A DNA stretch of 64,000 nucleotides from positions 47,984 to 111,983 of the forward strand of contig CAWJAN010000004.1 in NCBI GenBank assembly GCA_963840885.1. Reading direction: 5' to 3'. This DNA is from an uncultured bacterium (GTDB taxonomy: Bacteria > Patescibacteriota > Minisyncoccia > Phycocordibacterales > GWA1-40-21). Both the position numbers and the translations under genes were made by a program. The notes under the pieces are model-generated. The model did no database searches and was not told the origin of the DNA. It worked only from the letters and a program-made list of their open reading frames with translations. This document shows, in pieces, positions 55,985 through 64,000 of the stretch (positions are counted from its first letter, which is position 1; every line of letters begins with the position of its first letter).

Positions 55985-56731
55985 ATGTTGAATATAGTAA
56001 TACCAATGGCCGGGCGCGGATCAAGGTTCCAAGAAGCTGGGTATGCTTTCCCTAAGCCTCTTATCGATATAAACGGCAAAACAATGATAGAAGTTGTTAT
56101 AAACAACCTTAAGCCAAAAACCGATCACAAATTCATATTCATATGCCAAAAAGATCATTATGAAAAATATGATTTACACAACATATTAAAAAATGCCACA
56201 AATAATAATTTTGAAGTGGTTCAGATAAACGGCATAACGCAAGGCGCGGCTTGTACGGTCTTATGCGCAAAAGAATATATAAATAATGGTGATGATCTTT
56301 TGATAGCAAATTCAGATCAGTTTATAGAAAATGATATAAATAGTTTTATAAACACATCAAGAAAAGACGATAAGGACGGCGTTATTATGACTTTTACATC
56401 CAGCCATCCGAAATGGAGCTATGCCCGAGTGGATGATACCGGCAAAGTATTGGAAACGGCGGAAAAAAAAGTCATTTCCGATAAGGCAACTGTTGGGATC
56501 TATTATTTCAAAAAAGGAAGTGACTTCGTAAAAGGAGCAGAGGCTATGATTAAAAAAGGTATACGACATAATAATGAATTTTATGTATGCCCCGTTTACA
56601 ACGAATTGATACTTGATGGCGAAAACATATATATAGATGAAATAAACTCCGATAAAATACACGGCTTGGGAACTCCTGAAGATTTGGATAAATTCCTTAC
56701 AGAACTGAAGGAAGGAAATATAAAAATATAA
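55985..56731 (+). CDS. Sugar-phosphate/phospho-alcohol nucleotidyltransferase (NTP_transferase family, LicC/cytidylyltransferase-like)
   Basis: G-loop IVIPMAGRGSRF followed by PKPLIDINGKTMIE. Length 248 aa. Confidence 0.65.
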   Translation: MLNIVIPMAGRGSRFQEAGYAFPKPLIDINGKTMIEVVINNLKPKTDHKFIFICQKDHYEKYDLHNILKNATNNNFEVVQINGITQGAACTVLCAKEYINNGDDLLIANSDQFIENDINSFINTSRKDDKDGVIMTFTSSHPKWSYARVDDTGKVLETAEKKVISDKATVGIYYFKKGSDFVKGAEAMIKKGIRHNNEFYVCPVYNELILDGENIYIDEINSDKIHGLGTPEDLDKFLTELKEGNIKI

Positions 56732-57592
56732 ATGAAAGTAGTTACCCATAGAGGATTAAATGCGTCAAAAGAAAACTATTTTGAAGAAAGTTCTATCGAA
56801 GCATTTTCCGATCAATTGAATAATGGCTATGGGTTGGAATTTGATCTTCAGATTACAAAAGATCAAAAAATTATAGTGGCTCACGACCACAGCCTTAAGA
56901 GAATGAGCCGCGGCGTTGATACACGTAAAATTTGTGATGTTAATTCAGATGAAGTATTAGGTATGGATTTTAACGGGTGCCATTTAGCATCTTTAGATGC
57001 GCTAATTGAGCTTATAAATAAAAAACAGGCTAGCGGTGCAATTTCAGCTATTCATGTTAAACACGGCATACAAAACAAAAAAGATCTTGATATTTTGCTT
57101 GGATATCTTAAAAAAGACGGAAATAAAAAATTCATGCTGTTTGATATAAAAATAGAAACTGCAAAATATCTGAAAGAAAAAAATCCGAATCTGAATCTGG
57201 CGCCTTCTATAGCCCATTCTTACGATATAAAACGATATAATGATGTGGTCGGTGGTACGCTTATGAATATTGATGAGGCTTTGGCACATACCGAGCTTTT
57301 TAATTGGGTTTGGCTTGACGAATGGGACAGAAACAGCGATGACGGAACAAAAAAATTTTATACTGGCGAATTGTTCAGAGAAATCCGCAAGGCCGGCCTA
57401 AAAATAAGTCTTGTAACACCAGAACTTCATTCTTCCTCCCCTGGCCTGCTTGGATCAGAAAAACATCAGGATGCGATTAATAAAAAAATTCTTTTTGAAA
57501 GGATAAAAGAAATAATAAAGCTCAGGCCGGATATTGTCTGTACGGACTATCCCGATGAAGTAAGAAAACTCATAAAAACGACGATAAAATAA
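56732..57592 (+). CDS. Glycerophosphodiester phosphodiesterase (GDPD)-family protein
   Basis: VVTHRGLNASKENYFEESSIEAFSDQLNNGYGLEFDLQITKDQKIIVAHDHSL matches the GDPD HRG...E...AF...G...E.D...TKD...VV.HD pattern. Confidence 0.6.
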   Translation: MKVVTHRGLNASKENYFEESSIEAFSDQLNNGYGLEFDLQITKDQKIIVAHDHSLKRMSRGVDTRKICDVNSDEVLGMDFNGCHLASLDALIELINKKQASGAISAIHVKHGIQNKKDLDILLGYLKKDGNKKFMLFDIKIETAKYLKEKNPNLNLAPSIAHSYDIKRYNDVVGGTLMNIDEALAHTELFNWVWLDEWDRNSDDGTKKFYTGELFREIRKAGLKISLVTPELHSSSPGLLGSEKHQDAINKKILFERIKEIIKLRPDIVCTDYPDEVRKLIKTTIK

Positions 57593-57597
57593 TTTAT

Positions 57598-58488
57598 ATG
57601 AAGCGCCCAAATAAAATAAAACATATACTGTATAAAATATTGCCTAATGGCTTATTCGAGATTATCCGCCGGATATGGCAAATGTCATTTGTAAAATTAA
57701 GAAATTTTAATCGATTAAAACAAAAAACTTTTACCGAAGAAAAAATTGCCGAGCTTTCTTATGGCGATATTTCTTTCAAGATGAGATTGGTTCCCGGGGA
57801 TCATAGCGTCGGTGAAGAGATTTTTTTTCACAATTCATACGAGCCTGAAATCGTTGAATTATTCAAAAAATATGTGACCAAAAATATGGTATGTTTGGAT
57901 ATAGGGGCCAATATCGGGCATCACTCGCTTGTGCTTTCAAGGCTTGCCAAAAAAGTCATTTCTTTTGAACCGAATCCTCATATTTACAGACAATTTAAAG
58001 AATCGATAGAGCTTAATGGCATAACTAACATTGAAGCTAATAATTTTGCTCTGGGAAATTCGAACGTGTCCACATACCTTTCTTTTAGTCCTGGTAACTC
58101 GGGCGGCGCTTCGTTCACTAAAATTGATGATAAGATGACTGATCAAATTACAGCAGAAATAAAAAAAATGGATAATCTGAACCTTGAAAAAGTTGATTTT
58201 GTAAAGATGGATGCTGAGGGATTTGAATGGGAAATTATAAAGGGCGGAATGAAAACTTTTGAGAAAAATCGCCCTATAATCGTGATAGAATATAGCCCTT
58301 TATTTCTTGAAAAAACGGAGAAAGATGCTTCAATAAATATACTCTCATGGTTTCATTCGAATGAATATGATTTATATGACAGCGATTACTACATGAAAAA
58401 AATAAGCGATTTGAAAGAATTTCGTATAAAATTAAACTCATCTATACGCCAACAGGTCAATTTATTTTGTTTACCAAAGAAAAAATAA
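57598..58488 (+). CDS. FkbM-family SAM-dependent methyltransferase
   Basis: CLDIGANIGHHSL (SAM-binding) and VDFVKMDAEGFEWEIIKG are FkbM-domain motifs. Confidence 0.7.
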   Translation: MKRPNKIKHILYKILPNGLFEIIRRIWQMSFVKLRNFNRLKQKTFTEEKIAELSYGDISFKMRLVPGDHSVGEEIFFHNSYEPEIVELFKKYVTKNMVCLDIGANIGHHSLVLSRLAKKVISFEPNPHIYRQFKESIELNGITNIEANNFALGNSNVSTYLSFSPGNSGGASFTKIDDKMTDQITAEIKKMDNLNLEKVDFVKMDAEGFEWEIIKGGMKTFEKNRPIIVIEYSPLFLEKTEKDASINILSWFHSNEYDLYDSDYYMKKISDLKEFRIKLNSSIRQQVNLFCLPKKK

Positions 58489-58496
58489 ACTGTCTT

Positions 58497-59441
58497 ATGG
58501 ACATAAAAAAAGAAATAAAAAATAATTCAAAGAGATTCAACAAAATCGTTATTTGGGGGCTTAAAAACCGGTGGCACACTCATAGATTCGTTTTTGCCGG
58601 TTATTATAGGGCTCTGAAGAAATCCGGAGTACGCGTAGTCTGGGTTGAAGACGAAAAAAAAAACCGAGAGTTCATAGAACCGAATGACCTTATAATAATG
58701 GCGAGTGGCGCTTACGGAAAAATGGTTCCTCAGAAAAAAAGCCTGGCGGATTATAATGTCCCTATACGTGACGATGTTTACTATTGCCTTCACGCTGAAA
58801 ATGATTACTTCATTCAAAAAATAAGGCCGGAACGAAGGCTTATCCTGAATGTCTATTCCGATGAAATCGGTGCCGGACAGCAGCCTAAAATTTATGAGGC
58901 TGTGCATTTCAATAAAGAAACGAGAACTTTGTACGAACCTTGGGGTACCGACCTTTTGCCGGATGAATTTAAAAGGCCTACATATAATAATCATAAGTTT
59001 GTATTCTGGGTTGGAAGCATCTGGAACGATAAGAATAATCACGGTAATCTGGAAGAAATAGCCAGGCTCAAAAAATCGCTCGAAAAAAGAAGATTGAAAT
59101 TCTTGCCAGTCAGGTTCGTGCCGAATTTCATGAATGTCTTATTGGTCCGGCTTTCAAGAATCGCTCCGGCCATAGGCGGACGCTTCCAGGTGGAAATCAA
59201 TTACCTGCCAGACCGTATGTTCAAAAATATCTCATACGGACAGCTCGGCTTTTCCAATATCAAGAAATTCAACGATATATTCAAAGATTGCAACATCTAT
59301 GATGAAGATATGGATGCCATGATTGAAAAAGTTCTTTCTCTGACGAAGGAACAATATATCGAGCTTGTAAAAAAACAGCAGGAAATCTGCAAGCGGTATA
59401 CGCTCGCAGACAATCTTAATAATGTCTTAAAGTTTATTTAA
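58497..59441 (+). CDS. Hypothetical protein in the glycan locus (possibly glycosyltransferase-like)
   Basis: ORF. The start is taken at MDIKKE to avoid overlap with the FkbM gene. No firm motif. Confidence 0.35.
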   Translation: MDIKKEIKNNSKRFNKIVIWGLKNRWHTHRFVFAGYYRALKKSGVRVVWVEDEKKNREFIEPNDLIIMASGAYGKMVPQKKSLADYNVPIRDDVYYCLHAENDYFIQKIRPERRLILNVYSDEIGAGQQPKIYEAVHFNKETRTLYEPWGTDLLPDEFKRPTYNNHKFVFWVGSIWNDKNNHGNLEEIARLKKSLEKRRLKFLPVRFVPNFMNVLLVRLSRIAPAIGGRFQVEINYLPDRMFKNISYGQLGFSNIKKFNDIFKDCNIYDEDMDAMIEKVLSLTKEQYIELVKKQQEICKRYTLADNLNNVLKFI

Positions 59442-61531
59442 GATTGAAAGTTTTTCAGCGTTTTAATCTGCAGTACCGCTTTTTCGAATTCCTCGTTCGT
59501 AACCTCCCTTGCGCAAGCAAAATATTCTACGCTCTGGCAATAATGGAAATTGTGCTCCTTGCATTTGCAATTCTTGAGATTTATAAGATTGATGAAATCG
59601 TCGCGCACTATATCGAAATAGACGCTGCCATACACCGAAAATATAATTCCTGGAGTATGCTGGCGGAACGCCATATGCGAAAGACCAGACTGTAAGCCTA
59701 CAAATAGTTTCGCGTGAGTAATTACCGAGCACAAATCATCAAATTGATAAGCTCCTATACGATCAATAAAAAAATCTTTCCTTGTATCTTCATCGAACAA
59801 ATCTCTGATTTTTTCATAATACGGCACAACGCTTTTGGAACCCAAAAACACTAAAGAACTGTCCGGGAAATATTTTATTAATGTACGGATGCTTTCCGCC
59901 CATTGTTCCGGCGTTCGGCTTTTTCCAGCAATCGAAGCAAAAACTGTAAGGATGATATAGGACTTCGGCTTGAACTCCGTGCCTTTGTTCGGCTCATGAA
60001 GCGGTATCGGATTGGCTTCCGCTTTCAGTTTCGAAACGTCGATATGATAGCAGTTTTCTAGAAGATCTTTATGAAAAATGTCGTAATTCTTCTGCATCAA
60101 TACACCCTTATGGATAGAATTTACAGAAAAAATCTCTGTAGAATAATTGAATGCGGACAAGCGGATGCGCGAACAATAGGCTATGAAATTCGCAAATGCC
60201 CTGAGTTTGGCGGTCGGATTATCGTCCACGATTATGTGCATGAAGCACTTTACAAAGAATGATTTAAAATAAAACCGAATAAACTGAAGCAATCCTTTGG
60301 GCTCGGAAAGGACGATAAGCGAGATGAAATCATAGCTGCGCGCCATCTCTTCGCAAAAGCCGAATACGCCGCCTTTTTTTATAGTAAAGAAAACGACCGG
60401 CGTATTCGTCGCGCTGTGGAATTTTTCGGCCAAATCGGTATTTGTTATGAAATCCCCTATCGTTCCGGTGCCAGTATAGATGAACAAGCGGGCTCGCCGC
60501 ATATACTCGTCTCGTGTAAAGCCGCCCTGGCTTATATTCATGGAAATCACATCTTTGACCCGGCTCAAAATCTCGATATCGGCATCTTTATCGTAGCTCA
60601 TGTCGAATTGCTTAAGCCAGAGATGACAGAAAACTTTCATCTTCTTATGCAGTCCTGCAGCGATATGGGTCGGCCCCGTATGAACCATAAAAAGCTTTTC
60701 AGCGAAAAAGAAGATATTCACGAGGTCCTGCGCCGGGGCGCCGATCACCTTCATGAAAGAATCTTTCGGCAAAAATGCCGCAAGGCTATCTATATATTCC
60801 TCGTCTTTTTTCACTCCGGTAAAAACGATTTGGCGTTTTTCTTTCTGCGCTTCGGCAAAGACTTCTTTCCATGTATCGTTGCTGATACGACGGTCGTCAT
60901 GCGACGGTGTCGGATGGACAACAATATAGCCGTCCCGGAGGGTATAGCGTTTTTTGACGCTTTCATCTTTTATAAAACGAAAATGTGGTGATTCTAAAAC
61001 CGGCTTGAATCCTATTTTTTCCAATATCTCATTGCTTTGCTCGTAAAAAAATTTATCGTTTATATCGGCTTTTATATGAATACCCTTTGGCACATAATGC
61101 TCCATGCCAGGATACACGAGCGAGATGACATCTGTTCTCGTTAAATAATGAAATGCATCGCCAGCAAGCCGAAGATATCTCTTGAGCGGAATCGGAAGAA
61201 AATAGACAAGATATGTCTTGCGTATCATAGACTGGAAAAATTCGCCGATAAAACGCAGCTTTCCAGATATCGAACTGAAATCAACGCACTCGATAAACGG
61301 ATAACCCTTGGACAAATCGCGCAAAAAAGCAAAATTATGCTTTATGAACATCGTCGTCGGAATACCAGCTGACAGGTAAAAACGATCAGCCAAATCCAAA
61401 AGAAGGACATGGTCCCCTATCGGAGAAGCATTGAGTAATATGAGCCTGGCAGAATTTTTCTTGTTATCTTTCACGCTAATGATATTATGGTCAATTTTTA
61501 TAAAAGGCAATCGCCAAACATAATCGCACAA
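59438..61531 (-). CDS. Large GT9-like (heptosyltransferase-fold) glycosyltransferase-family protein, 697 aa
   Basis: The N-terminal ARLILLNASPIGDHVLLLDLADRF resembles the GT9 lipid-A-core heptosyltransferase start (RLSAIGDVVLTTP). The start is uncertain; an alternative GTG at 61474 avoids overlap with the GT2 gene. Confidence 0.4.
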   Translation of the reverse strand: MCDYVWRLPFIKIDHNIISVKDNKKNSARLILLNASPIGDHVLLLDLADRFYLSAGIPTTMFIKHNFAFLRDLSKGYPFIECVDFSSISGKLRFIGEFFQSMIRKTYLVYFLPIPLKRYLRLAGDAFHYLTRTDVISLVYPGMEHYVPKGIHIKADINDKFFYEQSNEILEKIGFKPVLESPHFRFIKDESVKKRYTLRDGYIVVHPTPSHDDRRISNDTWKEVFAEAQKEKRQIVFTGVKKDEEYIDSLAAFLPKDSFMKVIGAPAQDLVNIFFFAEKLFMVHTGPTHIAAGLHKKMKVFCHLWLKQFDMSYDKDADIEILSRVKDVISMNISQGGFTRDEYMRRARLFIYTGTGTIGDFITNTDLAEKFHSATNTPVVFFTIKKGGVFGFCEEMARSYDFISLIVLSEPKGLLQFIRFYFKSFFVKCFMHIIVDDNPTAKLRAFANFIAYCSRIRLSAFNYSTEIFSVNSIHKGVLMQKNYDIFHKDLLENCYHIDVSKLKAEANPIPLHEPNKGTEFKPKSYIILTVFASIAGKSRTPEQWAESIRTLIKYFPDSSLVFLGSKSVVPYYEKIRDLFDEDTRKDFFIDRIGAYQFDDLCSVITHAKLFVGLQSGLSHMAFRQHTPGIIFSVYGSVYFDIVRDDFINLINLKNCKCKEHNFHYCQSVEYFACAREVTNEEFEKAVLQIKTLKNFQS

Positions 61532-62222
61532 GCGAAAGCATCCTTATCAAAAATCCGCGTAGCCTCATTTCCAAACCATTATGTTTTGTCACCTGAGCCT
61601 GATGAATCCTATACTTGAGTAGAGGTTCGGGAATATTCGCCGAAGTATACCTATATATGATCCTGGTCCATAATTCGTAATCTTCAGCGTGCCTGAAAAA
61701 CTTATTGTATGTTCCGACTTCATCGATAATTTTTTTCCTTACCATAACGGATGAATGTATGAACGGATTATGCAACAGTGAATATCGTTTTATCTGCTTC
61801 CATGTTTCCGGAGGATAAGATAATGTTCCTGTGGTTTCTCCAAAATTATCTATGACATCTGCCCATGAGCCGACTATGGCGCATTCGGGATGTTCAGTAA
61901 AATAGTCTAGCTGTTCTTCAAATCTCGTAACGGCGCAAACGTCATCGGCATCGAAACGGGCGATAAATTCTCCGCGCACTTTACTAATTCCAAAATTAAG
62001 CGAATCGATAAGGCCGAAATGCTGGCGGTCAAAAAATTGTATCCGGCCGTCTTTAAAACTTCTTACTATATCTGCCGATGCATCGGTTGAACCGTCGTTT
62101 ACGATGATTAGCTCAAAATCTTTTTCAGTCTGATCAAGCACCGAGATGATGGCCTCCTTAAGGAAATTCTGGGCATTGTAAACTGGCATGATAACGCTGA
62201 TTTTCGGAATATCTTTTTCCAT
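61491..62222 (-). CDS. Family-2 glycosyltransferase (GT-A)
   Basis: ISVIMPVYNAQNFLKEAIISVLDQTEKDFELIIVNDGSTDAS is the canonical GT2 N-terminus with a DxD-type region. Confidence 0.8.
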   Translation of the reverse strand: MEKDIPKISVIMPVYNAQNFLKEAIISVLDQTEKDFELIIVNDGSTDASADIVRSFKDGRIQFFDRQHFGLIDSLNFGISKVRGEFIARFDADDVCAVTRFEEQLDYFTEHPECAIVGSWADVIDNFGETTGTLSYPPETWKQIKRYSLLHNPFIHSSVMVRKKIIDEVGTYNKFFRHAEDYELWTRIIYRYTSANIPEPLLKYRIHQAQVTKHNGLEMRLRGFLIRMLSLVRLCLAIAFYKN

Positions 62223-62401
62223 GGGATTATTCTAACAGAAACTCATGCCAAATACATCATTCTGAAATATCTATGATTTCAAAATCATAAGCGGAAGGAA
62301 TTTTTTCTTCTTGTTTCCCTGAATTTTCTCTTTGCTTTATGCGTGTAAAAACGGCAATGGCGGATGCCGCAATCATAAGCATGATTGCCGATAAAAAATA
62401 G

Positions 62402-64000
62402 CTACTCATCTATTCCAAGAATTTTTTTTAAATCGTTTTCCGGGATTTCTTTCGGCCCCCTGTCCTGAGGCTTTTCCTCTTGTTTTTTCTCCTCTTTTTT
62501 CTTTTCCGGTTCCTGTTTCCTTTCTTCTTTCTTTATTTCCGGTTCTGCCTCTTTTTCCTTTTTTTCTACCGCCTGCGCGGGCAGGTCTTTAGGCTGATTC
62601 TGGACCTTTGACATAACAGAAGCAAGGGCTGATTTTAATCCGGCAATATTTTCCTTGCTCATAATCTTTGGCCTTTCGCCAGGATTAGCTTTCTTCTCTG
62701 CCGGTTTTTCTTCCTCGTAAAGCTTTTTCGGCAGATCTTTTAGAGAGATGAAATCATCTCCCGGCTCATTTTCTATAGGAGGGAGTTCCGGTTTGGAAAA
62801 CTTTGTTTTTTCTTTCGGTTTTATTTCTTCCTGTTTCTGTTCCGAAGAAGGCGAGGAAAATTTTTGTACCAGATTTTCAAAAATCTTTTTATTTTCTTTC
62901 GGCTCTTCTTGTATAGCTTCCTTTGAGGCTTCCCTGGGAGCTTGCACGGCTTTGATTATATCCTTCAGCATTGGTGCCGGTCTTGCCGGTTCCTCCTGCT
63001 TATTTTGTGGCTTAAATGGCTGCCTATCGCTTGTTTTTGGCGCAGGCTTGCCTTCCGTATGCCATTTGTCTATGTTGCTCTCGACTTCCGTTCTGGGCTT
63101 GGCAAATTGCTTCCTGGAACTTTCTATTATCTCCGGTACATAGTTCAATGTCGGCTCCTTGAACATAAGGATAGAAGATGCTGAAAAAGGCACCGAGCTG
63201 ACGCCGTCTATCATAAGCTTAAGATACATCTGGTATTGCCCGAGATTCACCAGGTCTTCTGCCGTAAATTGCGGAGCAAATTCCTTTTCCAAAACCTCAG
63301 CATCGTATGCGCCGACGCGGAAAGCTATCATTGTGCCTACGTTGCCAAAAACTGCAGCCCTGACTTCTTCGGACATCTGCTCTATATATTGGTGGGCAAT
63401 AGTAAGGTTAAGCTTATATTTCCTGGCTTCGGATAAGATATCAGCAAAAGATTCGTTCGCAAAAGACTGGAATTCATCGACATAAAGATAAAAATTGGGC
63501 AGTTTTTTGAGCTCTCGTTCAGGAATATCGGCGCGGGACATGGCGGCAAGATAAATCTTGGTTATGAGCATAGAGCCCAGAAGATTCGCATTGACTTCGC
63601 CGACCTTTCCTTTTGAAAGGTTTATTATGAGAATTTTCCTGTCATCCATAAGCTTCCTTATGTCGAAAGACGATTTCGGCTGGCCGACTATGTTTCTTAT
63701 CAGTGGGTTGGCGGTGAATTGCCCGATTTTGTTCTGAATAGCCGGAACGGCTTCAGCAGCCTGCCTCTCCGTATATTTTGCAAACTCATCAACCCAGAAA
63801 GATTTTACCGCTGAGTCTTTTACATTGTCCACCACTTTTTTCCTGTAGTCCTTGTCGGAAAGCATCCTGTTGACTCCGAGAAGCGTCGCTCCGGGATATT
63901 CGAGAAGCGCAAGAAGCGTATTTGAAAGGATATATTCCATTCTTGCGGACCACGCATCAACCCATATTTTCTTGAATGTGCTCATGAGTCCTGAAACCAC
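62402..64000 (-). CDS. VirD4/TraG/TraD-like type IV coupling-protein ATPase, C-terminal part (N-terminus beyond the window), with a K/E/P-rich tail
   Basis: Walker B-like FYLYVDEFQSF. NLTIAHQYIEQMSEEVRAAVFGNVGTMIAFRVG is typical of the TrwB/VirD4 C-terminal motor region. The last ~200 aa are charged low-complexity. Confidence 0.5.
   Translation of the reverse strand: MVSGLMSTFKKIWVDAWSARMEYILSNTLLALLEYPGATLLGVNRMLSDKDYRKKVVDNVKDSAVKSFWVDEFAKYTERQAAEAVPAIQNKIGQFTANPLIRNIVGQPKSSFDIRKLMDDRKILIINLSKGKVGEVNANLLGSMLITKIYLAAMSRADIPERELKKLPNFYLYVDEFQSFANESFADILSEARKYKLNLTIAHQYIEQMSEEVRAAVFGNVGTMIAFRVGAYDAEVLEKEFAPQFTAEDLVNLGQYQMYLKLMIDGVSSVPFSASSILMFKEPTLNYVPEIIESSRKQFAKPRTEVESNIDKWHTEGKPAPKTSDRQPFKPQNKQEEPARPAPMLKDIIKAVQAPREASKEAIQEEPKENKKIFENLVQKFSSPSSEQKQEEIKPKEKTKFSKPELPPIENEPGDDFISLKDLPKKLYEEEKPAEKKANPGERPKIMSKENIAGLKSALASVMSKVQNQPKDLPAQAVEKKEKEAEPEIKKEERKQEPEKKKEEKKQEEKPQDRGPKEIPENDLKKILGIDE

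Overview
Low-GC (~38%), gene-dense window with the hallmarks of a reduced-genome Candidate Phyla Radiation / Patescibacteria-like bacterium. Genes are mostly short with 4-nt or tight overlaps, several proteins are domain-truncated, a type IV pilin-like protein and a sortase are present, and there is no biosynthetic capacity. The content is mainly housekeeping: a partial uvrB, mpg, a Pif1-like helicase, trmD-khpA-rpsP (without rimM or rplS), rnr, rnc, a hinge-less SMC-like ATPase, rpmF, rnhB, dnaE, thrS, gyrB, pheS-pheT, a tRNA-Thr(UGU), tsf-rpsB, prfA, rpmE, rplY, rpiB, an rpe-like gene, gatB, obg, mltG and secA. The main points of interest are: (1) the PheRS beta subunit carries an inserted NlpC/P60 (papain-like Cys/His) domain inside its B5 domain and is followed in the same operon by a C39-like cysteine peptidase gene; (2) an N-terminal NusB domain is fused to a C-terminal Nudix hydrolase, with a second Nudix gene on the other side of rpmF; (3) a T-box-like leader (GGGTGGAACCGCGG, a terminator, and a minimal Stem I with ACC in the loop) sits upstream of thrS; (4) a ~13 kb cell-surface glycan locus (49.3-62.2 kb) contains two tandem paralogs sharing a 187-nt identical 5' block, a Wzx flippase, an O-antigen-ligase-like TPR protein, and HAD, cupin, LicC-like nucleotidyltransferase, GDPD, FkbM methyltransferase, GT9-like and GT2 genes; (5) a VirD4/TraG-like coupling ATPase fragment lies at the window edge. 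No CRISPR array, rRNA or obvious mobile element was seen. All calls rest on reading motifs in the translated ORFs, with no database search.
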